Below are positions 25,419 through 36,323 of a stretch of 64,000 nucleotides of DNA, piece by piece. Made by a program: the position numbers and the translations under genes. The notes under the pieces are model-generated. The model saw nothing but the letters and a program-made list of their open reading frames with translations. It did not search any database and was not told the origin of the DNA. The DNA is from Yuukianura sp. NJ FZ-2021. Taxonomy: Eukaryota. Numbering within the stretch: the stretch's first letter is position 1; the number at the start of each line of letters is the position of its first letter. The stretch spans positions 1,550,001 through 1,614,000 of the forward strand of contig CM102285.1 in NCBI GenBank assembly GCA_046563655.1, written 5' to 3'.

Positions 25419-28400
25419 TTACCAGGAATACGAAGAAAAAAAATTGTAAAACAAATGGTACATTTCCACCAACTGAGCAACTATGGCTACGAATAATCCA
25501 ATCCCATACAAATAAAAACAGGATCGAGCATTGCTGTCTAAATCAAGCGGTTTACAAATTTTTGACATTTTGTCCCGCGTATTTTGATACATTTGTACCA
25601 GTTGCACGCTTTCCGAAGGAGAATGAATTTTGACCCATTTGTCCCATATGTTAAATATGCCTGATGATAGAATTAGTTGCATTCTGGCGTACAATTGAGC
25701 ATGATACTTGTGTTCCGAGAACACAAAGCCAGTCCAAAACGCTGAAAATTTTTCCTCACTACGTCGGAAATTTTCTCTGCTGGTTGTCGGATCATCGTTG
25801 AGTTTGCGTAGCTCATTTGAAGCCTCAACGGCGTCAATGACTTCTGGCGTGTCCATGACAACCGAATTGTCAAGAGCTATTGACGCATTGACATACGAAG
25901 CGATTCTGTACTTATAATTGCTTGGATTATTATCGTCTCGCGTTCTACCGACGGTTCCGAGTTCGGCAAAAACAAGTTCCTCCGGAAACGGATTTTTGAC
26001 TCCACAAGGATCATTTTCCATCAAATCCCACTTGAATGCCCACTTTATCAGTTCATGTTTATTGCCCAATTGGTTTACATAAGACTGCAACCGAGTTCCA
26101 AGAGGAGTCATCGGGTCAACATCGAAAGACAGTTTCGGAAAAGTGTAATTTTGTGCATTTTTTGTATACCACTTTTTCAAAAATGTTCCATTTCGCGTAT
26201 TGGATGTCAAGTACCTTGTTTGTGTGATACCGGGACATGATGAATTACTTTGTTTGGTCTTTTGGTTATAAAAGTTGAATAGTTGATTCAAAGTTTTGTA
26301 TGTATCAGGATGAACAATAGCAATAAATTTGTTTATGTCCAAAAGTGTTTTATACTTGGACAAAAGAGGAATGGGTAAAACAAGGTCTGTGACTACAACG
26401 CCTTTGTAGCCATTGATGATAACAATGGTCATGAGACACCAAAGACCGATCATAAAACGAAACCAAAATTTGAATAAAAGCGGCTTAACTTTTGCAGGAA
26501 CCTCGTGACCCGCTTCTAAAAGTGTCCTGAATGCTAGTAAATGCAGTTCTACAATCAAAATTTGTCGTCTTGGTTCCGGTTTTTTGCGAATATAATTGTT
26601 GTCTATCTCGTTCAGTATATATGGACACCAAGAAATGGCGGCAAATCCAAAAAATATTATGTGTAACCATGACAACCAGTCGTAACAACGGTAGTACAAT
26701 GTAAAATCCAATGTTTCGTGAATCCCTTTACTAGTTGTGTACATAATATCAACTGTTCCTGTTGGTATAGCACTTAAAACACGAAATATTGAGGTAGAAC
26801 TTACGACTAACGCCTCCGTCCATACGTCATGGATCATTGTATTATCCATAAAACGTTGTATACTTTTGTTGAAATGAGCTGTGTGCTCAATAGGGTCATG
26901 TGCAATGAACTTCACAATTTCAAATGCTAATAGTTGTATAGCATGGCTAGCAGTGGTAACCTTTGAATTTTTAATGAACGGATTCAAATGGTGCTTAATT
27001 TCCGAAATCCAAGTTGGAACGATGTAGGTATCGTTTTGTTTTTGCAGAAACTGAGACGGTTCCTTGTTTTGTTTCAGAAGATAATAGTTACTACCGCGGC
27101 CAATCGCGTGATGAAAGGAGTTTATGTTTTGGATCAAATTTTGGCGCGAAATATCTCCAAACTCCATATGTCCTTGTACAGTAAACACGGCGGAATAGTA
27201 AGGGTAGATAATCAGGCATGAGCGATAGATGTCGACTACAGTTCCTTTAAGTTGTTGTTGTTGTTGCCCTTGCTGTTGTTGTGGCCTTTGGGTTGAAGTA
27301 AAGTTGGGCTCCCTTATGTACCCACCCGGTCAAGTTTTCGCGGTGCTCTAATTGTACCCTACACGGCAACATAGCGCCCAATGAACCTTTAAACTCAAGC
27401 TGGCAACCTTTACTGCTTGATCCAATTAATCCACTTATGTCTTCCCGAGACTTTTAAATAACGCAACACTAAAAATGCAAGGTTCATAAACAAAGAAGGT
27501 GTTTTTCTACACAGATTGTCTAATAACTCGGGTTTTTAGATTTTGGGTAAAAATTTTCAAAAACGCAACCGATTTAGCTTCTCCTCCATTTCTATGGCAA
27601 TTTTTAACTTTTTTTTATTCCTATGGAATTTAATGTTTAAAGTTTGAAAGAAAAATTGGCGAAAAAGAACGAATAAAATTGGTGCAGAAATTTGTTTGAG
27701 GTAAAATTTTTGGAAACCCTGAGTTATAGGACAACCTGTTGTAGGAAATACAATTCGGTTGTCAAGGAACCTTCCATTTAATGAATCAAACAGTAAAAAA
27801 GGTTGCCAACTTGAATTCAGAGGTAACTTGACTACTGCTAGATGGACGTATAGTTTTAGATTTTGATGGGTACAAATGTACCAATCGAATGGGTACTTCA
27901 ATGGATTGGGACAATTAGAGTAGCGCGAAAATTTGAACGGGGGGTACATAAGGAGAGCACAAGTTGACTTCAACCGGCCTTTGCATTAGTTCTGGTTGTC
28001 GATGTTGCTCTAGTTGTCGTTGTTGTTCTTCCTGGCGTTGCTGTTGGTGTTGTTTGCGTTTTTGTAGTTGCGCATTTTGTAAACTTTGGCGTACATAGTG
28101 TATAAGCGGGAAAGTATTTTGATGACCGACTGAGGCTATAGATAGTGTATTTTCCATGACTTCTGGGCTTAGAGTAGTAATAATGTTGATGTAAAAATTC
28201 AAAGTTGATGCTCCCATGTTTCCATTTGTTGTGTCAGTGTACGAGCGGTAAATTTGTGTGAATTCTAATGTGTCCATTCTGGCGTATCCATTAGATTCTG
28301 GAAACAATACGAAGGCAGCATAACAGAGATACTTGTTCCTCGGACGAATGAGGTGTGATTGTCGGTATGCGTTACCTTTGTAACTAAACAAAATTTCACA

Positions 28401-31400
28401 AATCGCATATTAATTTTATTCATTATTCATATTATTTTATTCATATTAATTTCAATATTAGATTATTTAAATTATTGAGTTATTGATTATTAAGTAGCGA
28501 AAGTATGAGCTACTTTATGTTTTTCCCCGAGTCTGTCTGTCTTTCCGTCCGCTGGTCAGTTGGTCAAGCTAGCTTTGGAACCGCTGGACCGATTTTCAAT
28601 CTGTCTTTACAGATGAACTTGGCATGGTTTGGGGGTGAACAATCAGTGTCCGGTTTGACCGGAAGTAGACCCCTTAAGGGTCAAAGGTCAAGGTCAAATA
28701 CATTTTTGACGGAAATCGGGAAAATGACCCTTACAAAAGTTATCCATCTCATCGAGACGAACAACTTTTGTATAGGTGACCTTGACCTTTGACCTGGGGT
28801 TCTGGAGATATAGACCTTAGAAGTTGCATAATGGGGTCACTTATGATATTCGCGTCTATAACTCCAGAACCACTGGAGCGATTTTCAATCTGTCTTCACA
28901 TTTGCGCTTCACATCCTCCAGGGGTGTCTAATTAGTGTCAGGTTTGACCGGAAGTAGACCCCTTAAGGGTCAAAGGTCAAGGTCAAATACATTTTTGACG
29001 GAAATCGGGGAAATGACCCTTACAAAAGTTGTTTATCTCATTGTGGTGAACAACTTTTGTATAGGTGACCTTGACCTTTGACCTGGGGTTCTGGAGATAT
29101 AGACCTTAGAAGTCGCATAATGGGGTCACTCATGATATTCGCGTCTATAACTCCAGAACCACTGGAGCGATTTTCAATCTGTCTTCACATTTGCGCTTCA
29201 CATCCTCCAGGGGTGTCTAATTAGTGTCAGGTTTGACCGGAAGTAGACCCCTTAAGGGTCAAAGGTCAAGGTCAAATACATTTTTGACGGAAATCGGGGA
29301 AATGACCCTTACAAAAGTTGTTTATCTCATTGTGGTGAACAATTTTTGTGAAGGTGACATTGACCTTTGACTTACGGTTCCAGAGATACTGACAATTGAA
29401 GTTGCAAAATGGCGTCCCTCGTCCAAATCGGGAAAGTATGACCTACTTTGTGTTTTCCCCCGAGTCTGTCTGTATGCCCGTCTGTCTGTCTGCCCGTCTG
29501 TCTGTCTGCACTGAAACTAACTATACCCCCGACACCACTGGACCGATTTGCAATCTGTCTTGCAAATCAGTTTATCATAGCCTTCGGGTGATGAAAAGCT
29601 TAAAGTTTTTTCAGAAATGTGAACTTTTCTGAAAGTTTTGAGTGGGACGACTGCAGATAGGCTCCCTAATTAATCATTTTTAATTACCAATTAACTAACC
29701 TTGGTCACTGGAATCAACTGGAATTCAACAGAGGAACTCTTCCCGAACACGCTGATACTACTTTTGGCAGTACCAGGGAGTTAATTGTGGGATTTTTTAG
29801 TACTTTCCGATCAGCTGACCGAATTTCGTTCTTGTGGACAACTACAAACACTAATCAAGGTAACGCAATACACTAGTGTCTCGGGACAAACGAATCATCA
29901 GTGGCTAACAGACCTGGTTAGGGTAACCCACAGGATAACTTGGTTAAAGTAATCCACAGGATAACTTGATTAAAATAATCCATCAAAACAGGATAACCAA
30001 CTCTGACGGTCAAACATATCTACAAATCGTTTTCACATTTCAAATATACGGAAGCGTAAAAGGGACATCGAGATACCCAGTTTTGAAGAAATCATCTGTA
30101 TAACCAATCTCCTGGAAATCTATCTTAACCTAACCCACAGGATAACTTGGTTAAAGTAATCCAAAGGATAACTTGGTTAAAGTAATCCACAGGATAACTT
30201 GGTTAAAGTAATCCAAAGGATAACCTGGTTAAAGTAATCCACAGGATAACTTGGTTAAAGTAATCCATCAAAACAGGATAACCTGGTGAAGGTAATCCAC
30301 AGGATAACTTGGTTAAAGTAATCCACAGGATAACTTGGTTAAAGTAATCCACAGGATAACTTGGTTAAAGTAATCCATCAGGATAACCTGGTGAAGGTAA
30401 TCCACAGGATAACTTGGTTAAAGTAATCCACAGGATAACTTGGTTAAAGTAATCCATCAGGATAACCTGGTGAAGGTAATCCACAGGATAACTTGGTTAA
30501 AGTAATCCCCAGGATAACTTGGTTAAAGTAATCCATCAGGATAACCTGGTGAAGGTAATCCACAGGATAACTTGGTTAAAGTAATCCCCAGGATAACTTG
30601 GTTAAAGTAATCCACAGGACAGTCGATGCCAATCTCACGTTCTCCCGTATCACAGAACATGTCGCAAACAACTCTTCCGTTCCTTCCACAAAGTAAGGGT
30701 AGTAAACGAGCTGCCGATTCGGAACCAAACGCTGGAATCGAACCAAGTTCAAAACGATCAAATCATTCGAACGACGACTTAATGGAGGCAATGACAAAAA
30801 TGTTTGCAAACTTGGAAACAAGAATTGAAACAAAAATTGACGTTAGATGCGATTCCATTGAACTCAAACTTGAGAAATACCAGGAACAAATTGAAGAGTT
30901 ACAATCCAAAACGGAACGACAACAAAACGAAATTGATCAACTGAAAAAATGAACTCCCGCCTTACAGACGAATTAAGACGAAACAACATTCTGATCCACG
31001 GACTCTCGGAAACTACCAATGAAAACACGTTGAACATCACCAACGACTTTTTTAATCACTATAAAGTTCGGATCAACGTGGAAGACGCATTCAGAATTGG
31101 AAAATTCAACCCATCGTCTGATAAGCCCCGTCCAATCAAAGTGCGCATTTCGACATTCGCTCAACGCATGCAAGCCCTTCAGCTTCGGAAGACCTTCATT
31201 CAAAATAAAGACATCTACTCCATTACCGAAGACCTTACTCTGGAAACCAGAATGGAACGGCAAAAAAATCGCGAGTTAAGACAACGGGCCGCTGAATCCC
31301 GAACTCTAGCGCCAGGAACATCCAATCCTACTATCCCCAGAACTTTTGCTTCGGCCACCCGAAGCTCATTCCCTGCCCCAAAATGAGGACTCGGCCGCCC

Positions 31401-34400
31401 TATCAATAGCCTACCAAACAAAACAAGTACAGGATCCTGCAGTGAAGCATTTTTAACCAACATGACAATCTTCTATTTGAATGCAAAAAGTGTAAATAAC
31501 TTAGGACAGACTTTCTGGAACGAATTCTTGACACTCCAACCTTCTCTTTTCTGCCTATCAGAATCAATGAAATGGGAAAATTATAAAAATCACATACTAC
31601 AGCAACAATATACAGTTCACCAAATCCTAGCCAAAAAACAAGACAGGGGACGTCCTTATGGAGGTTTCATTTTTGGCTGGCACAACTCATTAGACTCAGA
31701 AATCACTTTACTAGAAACGACGGAGTACTCAATATTACTAGCCGTCCGCAATCATCAATCACAATTTCTGCTGCTATTCGCCTACATTCCTCCGGACAAA
31801 TCCAACCAAACACTAGTGACTGATACACTTGAAACTCTGAAATTCACAAACAAACCGATACTGCTAATGGGAGACTTAAATTCAAGAACCGGGGACAGAA
31901 ACACCACTCCATTGTACAAAAGAAAAAGCAAGGACAAGTTCATAAATGGAAACGGGAGAAACCTGCTATCAGTTGCGGCCGAGTGTAACCTTACAATTTG
32001 TAATGGAGCAATAACAGGAGATGAACAAGGAGAAATAACCATGGTAAACCCAGCAAACGCAGGGTGCAGTGTGGTTGATCTTGTGCTCACATCCCAGAAC
32101 TGGCAAGGCAACGTTAGGGAATTGAAAATACTAGACTGGCATCACTCCGATCACTTCCCTTTGCTCGTCTCCCTTCAAAAAATGGTGAACCAACCGCAGA
32201 ATCACAGTGGCCTGACCCAAGAGAAAATAATAATTCCTACAGAAAAAATGGCAAAATACGACTTCTATAAACTTCTTGAGACCTCTCTGAATTACGACAT
32301 CAAGGATGCAAACGAAGCTAGCCTTCAACTACAACAAACAGTCGTAGAAACAGCGAAGGTAACAGGCAACCACACGAAGTCGAAGCCAAAACCAATAAGA
32401 CCAAAGCCAAAGTGGTTTGACTCGGAGCTGAACTCCTTGAAATGGAGGAAAAATAACGCCCTCCGCAAGTTGAGAAGGTGTAATGAAGAGAATAGAGCGG
32501 CATGTGCACAACGCTACATAGAAGCCCAGAAACTATTCAAGCAACAACTAGTCAACAAGAAATCTCTGTTCCTGTCAAATTTTGTCTCGCATCTCCACTC
32601 ATCAAAAGACCCGGCAAACTTCTGGAAGGCGGTAAAATACTTCACAGCCCAACCAACCTCACAAGACAAAATCCCGAAGGATACATGGTTCACACACTTC
32701 GAGGATCTGTTCAAAGTCCGTGACATTCCGAACCATCTACTCCCACTTACACCATTCTTAGAAAATGAAATACTAGATCGTGACATAACAGCAGTTGAGA
32801 TAAGAATGGCGACGAAGTCGTTGAAGACACGCAAGGCAACAGGTCCTGACAGAATCCCGAATGAATTATGGAAAGCAGCCACCCCAAAGCTTCTAATATT
32901 CCTGGTTACTCTTTTCCAAAATATCCTACAGAACGGGATACTGCCAACTCATTGGTGTAATACTCGAATACTCCCATTACACAAAAAAGGACCAAAAGAC
33001 CAGCCGCAGAATTACCGTCCAATATCGTTGATGAATACGATACTAAAACTGTTTACTAAAGTGCTGAACACTAGACTCAACAACTGGATAAATGTCAACA
33101 ACAAAATTTCAGACTTTCAAGCGGGCTTCAGAAAATCTAGATCCTGCACTGACCACATATTTACATTAATGGCTATGATTCAATGTCAGATGTTGAAGCA
33201 AAAAGAGTTATATGTCGCATTCGTCGATTTGTCACAGGCTTTTGATACTCCAAACCACTTTCTCCTCTGGGAGGTTCTGGGAAACATGGGCGTCTCAACT
33301 AAATTTCTAAACGTATTCAAGTGCCTCTACGACAACGCCACTACACAAATTAACACCAGCGAAGGACTCACGGACCCTATTAAAATAATGAAAGGGGTGC
33401 TCCAAGGTGAATCTGCCAGTCCCACCCTTTTCAATCTGTTCATTGAAGACCTCGTAAACAGGTTTACCAATTCATTACTCAAAGGCTACACTCTGGGCTC
33501 CCGCATTATTCATGTTCTTTTATACGCTGATGACCTTGTCATCACAGCACAGTCCAAGGAGCTGCTTCAAGAGAAAATCAAAATCGCCTCCAACTTCTTC
33601 AAAGCCAGAGGTCTCCAGGTCAACCTCACAAAAACAAAGGTTGTACCATTCCGTCGATCGGGGAGACTACGGAAAGACGACCTGTTCTTTTGGAATGGAA
33701 CTCGAATAGAAACAGTGGCAGAATATAAGTACCTTGGTGTGACCTTTCAATCTAACGGCACATTCCAAAAAACTGCAAGGAACGCAGTAGAGAAAGGAAC
33801 TTCAGCACAAGGAGCAGTTTTTGGCTTACTCAAGAAATCTGCGTACATCGACCTATGGACGGCCAAAATGCTACTAAATTCACTAGTAAAATCCACAGCC
33901 TTATACAACTGTGAAACATGGGGTTTACCCCACTCTAACTTAGTAGAAACGGTTCAACAAAACTACTACAAAAGAGTTTTCCACTTACCGTTCACTACTC
34001 CCAGGTACTTCATACGGCTGGAAACTGAGTCTCTTCCTTTAGAATTCGAAATTGTCAAAAGAGCCTGGCACTTGTTCGCAAAATTACATTCCAAATCCTG
34101 TTCTGACCTCACCAAAAACGCATATCAACAACTAAGGAAAGTTACGTCACTCCAACCTGACCAAAAATACAGCTGGTGCCTACAGCTTAGAGCTGCCCTT
34201 ACTCAAATCGGGGAAGAGGGCGCCTATGATGGTGGAAACATCCAAGACATCAGAGCAAAAACAAAAACAGTAATCAAGAACCTTGCGAACTTCTACCGGG
34301 AATCAGATAAGAGAAGGGCTTCGTTGTCCCGTTCCATACCACACTACTCTATCCTCGAGGAAGATTTTCCAGCGAAGGAATTACTGTCTAAACGGTTCCC

Positions 34401-35323
34401 GGCCTACCTCACCAGAACAGTCATTCAGATCCGACTGAACATGAACCAGATCTACCACAACCGAAAATGGCTTGACTTTGGCCAGTTCAAAGAAAAGTAC
34501 TGCAGTTTCTGTGGGGACCAATTGTCTTACTACCACGCTCTATGGGCCTGTCCACAGACTAATACACACCGAAACCATCTGCACATCCCACCGCACCAAT
34601 GTCCAATTGTATGGGTCAGTTCACATTCCAAAGACTTCACATTTATCAAGAACCTCCACATATTAAATCAAAGAGTGCTGTCAATGTTCGAGCCAACGCT
34701 GAACCGATGAACCCGGGCACCCCGGAAATTCTCCCCCATGGTACACATCATCAAATCCTCCAAATTTCATAATGGACTCTGTACACTTACATCATCTTAC
34801 ATCGACTTACTTACATCATCTTACTTATTTTACCTTATTTTACGTGTTTGACTCATGCTAATTTGATTTATTACTTTAACTTAAACGAGCTGCAGGATTT
34901 GTATTGATAGGGCAAAAGGCCAAATCAAATAAATAATTGATAGCCTTCGGGTGATTAATACGGTTCCGGTTTGACCGGAAGTCGACAATTTCCGGGTTGT
35001 GTACTAGCTACCTTTCGCTACTTACGTACGGCGTTTACAACGGTTTATTACAAGTTGAGGTAGCCTTGTGCGGTTGTGGTAATAGCAATGAGGAATATTG
35101 GAGTGTGAATGTTCTGCGACAAGTTGTAAGCGCTTGAATTGGCAAAGACTATGGTTACATAGCAATAAGAAAATTCAAAAACTAGTTCATCCAAATTTAG
35201 AATTTCATCTACACCGTAACTCATTCCGTAAGAATGTTCGACAAAGTGAAATTCTCTTTTGCTGCGTACAATATCACATACGCTAAAAACATATAAGATG
35301 CACAAATAGCTACATGGCGTCAT
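25419..35323 (-). CDS. Divergent IR-like protein D; exon 1 35323-35052, exon 2 28383-25419 interrupted by a MITE at 27291-27975
   Basis: Exon 1 is homologous to the other IR first exons (NLDELVFEFSYCYVTI...PIFL), with a phase-2 intron of 6.7 kb. Removing the MITE plus one TSD joins ORF 27915-28391 in frame to ORF 25419-27188. May be a recent pseudogene. Confidence 0.72.
27291..27975. mobile_element. Non-autonomous DNA transposon with GG..CC termini and 8-bp TSD (Merlin-like by end structure)
   Basis: TSD ggcctttg at 27283-27290 and 27976-27983. Imperfect TIRs of about 65 bp: ggttgaagt.aa.ttg.gctc.c.ttatgtaccc. Confidence 0.85.
28575..29420 (+). repeat. About 3 x 289-bp tandem repeat (central repeat of the HINE-like element)
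   Basis: ggtttgaccggaagtagacc at 28652, 28941 and 29230 (period 289). A fourth, split unit resumes after the LINE at about 34960. Confidence 0.92.
30140..30613 (+). repeat. 18-unit 26-bp minisatellite in the LINE 5' UTR (further copies at about 29930-29998)
   Basis: Unit ggataacttggttaaagtaatcc-aca with variant ggataacctggtgaaggtaatcc. A variant-A-A higher-order period of 79 bp is visible (30381, 30460, 30539). Confidence 0.95.
30626..31386 (+). CDS. LINE ORF1 (coiled coil + RRM-like domain), split by a 1-nt frameshift at about 30949
   Basis: Heptad-rich N half, then RRNNILIHGL...AFRIGK...PRPIKVR...SITEDLT, typical of L1/CR1-type ORF1p. The two ORFs overlap at ATGA after an A6 run. Confidence 0.82.
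31462..34710 (+). CDS. LINE ORF2: AP endonuclease + reverse transcriptase + C-terminal CCHC-like motif, 1082 aa, uninterrupted
   Basis: EN motifs MGDLNSR, SVVDLV, SDHFP. RT motifs NYRPISL, QAGFR, FVDLSQAFD, GVLQG, YADD, YKYLG. C-terminal CSFC...HALWAC. Confidence 0.96.
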   Translation: MTIFYLNAKSVNNLGQTFWNEFLTLQPSLFCLSESMKWENYKNHILQQQYTVHQILAKKQDRGRPYGGFIFGWHNSLDSEITLLETTEYSILLAVRNHQSQFLLLFAYIPPDKSNQTLVTDTLETLKFTNKPILLMGDLNSRTGDRNTTPLYKRKSKDKFINGNGRNLLSVAAECNLTICNGAITGDEQGEITMVNPANAGCSVVDLVLTSQNWQGNVRELKILDWHHSDHFPLLVSLQKMVNQPQNHSGLTQEKIIIPTEKMAKYDFYKLLETSLNYDIKDANEASLQLQQTVVETAKVTGNHTKSKPKPIRPKPKWFDSELNSLKWRKNNALRKLRRCNEENRAACAQRYIEAQKLFKQQLVNKKSLFLSNFVSHLHSSKDPANFWKAVKYFTAQPTSQDKIPKDTWFTHFEDLFKVRDIPNHLLPLTPFLENEILDRDITAVEIRMATKSLKTRKATGPDRIPNELWKAATPKLLIFLVTLFQNILQNGILPTHWCNTRILPLHKKGPKDQPQNYRPISLMNTILKLFTKVLNTRLNNWINVNNKISDFQAGFRKSRSCTDHIFTLMAMIQCQMLKQKELYVAFVDLSQAFDTPNHFLLWEVLGNMGVSTKFLNVFKCLYDNATTQINTSEGLTDPIKIMKGVLQGESASPTLFNLFIEDLVNRFTNSLLKGYTLGSRIIHVLLYADDLVITAQSKELLQEKIKIASNFFKARGLQVNLTKTKVVPFRRSGRLRKDDLFFWNGTRIETVAEYKYLGVTFQSNGTFQKTARNAVEKGTSAQGAVFGLLKKSAYIDLWTAKMLLNSLVKSTALYNCETWGLPHSNLVETVQQNYYKRVFHLPFTTPRYFIRLETESLPLEFEIVKRAWHLFAKLHSKSCSDLTKNAYQQLRKVTSLQPDQKYSWCLQLRAALTQIGEEGAYDGGNIQDIRAKTKTVIKNLANFYRESDKRRASLSRSIPHYSILEEDFPAKELLSKRFPAYLTRTVIQIRLNMNQIYHNRKWLDFGQFKEKYCSFCGDQLSYYHALWACPQTNTHRNHLHIPPHQCPIVWVSSHSKDFTFIKNLHILNQRVLSMFEPTLNR

Positions 35324-36323
35324 CTCTACTTTATCGCACCAAATCAAAATGTGGAAAACTTAATCGGTAAAACCTGACATACTCTCTGACGCTCCACTGT
35401 GCTATATTCTGTGCAGTGGAGTCTCTGCCAGGCTATCGATGCAAGACAACGTTCCATTAATTAGTGGAAAGCTTTTACAAGGTTTTTTTTTGTCAAAACA
35501 AATTAATAATAGCATGCACGACAACTTTTTCACCAGAATTAAATTTTCATTCTAAGTAAGAATGTTCGTTCAGAATGTCAAGCTAGGCCAAACTACCCTA
35601 ACCCTCTGGACTAACATTCTTAATAAATCGGTTGCAAATCGGAGTGTAGAAAAATCACAAAAGAGGGCGCCGCATTAGTAGATGCATAATAAAGTAGCTT
35701 TTAATTTTGTACTTACAGTAATAACGACGACGCAAAAGTCATTAGGAAACCTCTTTTTTTTCAAATTCATCGAAACTACAATAAGTTTTAAAGAAAAAAA
35801 AAAGTTGGAAACAATTGTTTTCAAACTTAAAGCATAAGTTTTAAGAATATTTCTGTATGTTGTGTCAGCACAAAAAATTGGGTAGCTTTCAAGTGCGCAT
35901 GTAAAATTTAATTGGACCTCCCAGTTTTCCAATCCTATTTACAAAAATTAAAAAAAACATTGCATGCTTCACGAGCAGAGTCAGTCGTTTTGAAGGTCAG
36001 TTGAAATTCAATATGTCTTTCTCAATGTTGAATTGGACGAAGTGTTTAAGTTTAAAGAGAGCAAGTTTAAAAAACTAACAAAAATGCAATTCAACTAACC
36101 TTGAATGCCTATGGCTAGCACAATGTTAATAGGCACTCTAATTGAATCCTGTTCAATTTAATTTTCATTTTAACCAATTCAATTTTTTTTTCTGAAATTC
36201 AATGCAATCAAATCGGAAATTGGCAATTTGCTCTGAAATTACGCCCCCTGAATAGCCATGCGCCATGTAAGGCCAATCTTTATAAACGACGTGACTTACT
36301 TTAAAAATTTTATTCGTCCAATA

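Larger units (their letters stand above)
29593..34939 (+). mobile_element. Apparently full-length APE-type non-LTR retrotransposon (RTE-X-like by motifs; clade inferred)
   Basis: 16-bp TSD atagccttcgggtgat at 29577-29592 and 34940-34955. Contains a 5' UTR, ORF1, an intact ORF2 and an A-rich 3' end (caaatcaaataaataa). Confidence 0.93.
28491..35045 (+). mobile_element. DINE-1/Helentron-associated (HINE)-like non-autonomous element, split by a LINE
   Basis: 13-bp subterminal IRs taagtagcgaaag (28491-28503) / ctttcgctactta (35012-35024). Also a 5' partial IR gctactt, a GTCT/GTCC microsatellite after the head, central tandem repeats, and a small degenerate 3' hairpin before a T-run. Confidence 0.7.

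Noticed and set aside
25079-25480. 133-aa ORF with YLYLY repeats
   Set aside because: Translation of an (AT/AG) microsatellite-like stretch in the IR-D 3' flank.
30140-30613. CRISPR-like appearance of palindromic repeats
   Set aside because: No unique spacers (3-9 nt linkers), eukaryotic context, no cas genes; it lies inside a LINE 5' UTR.
30576-30833. Antisense ORFs over the LINE, IR genes and EB gene
   Set aside because: Shadow frames of real CDSs or repeats with no motifs.
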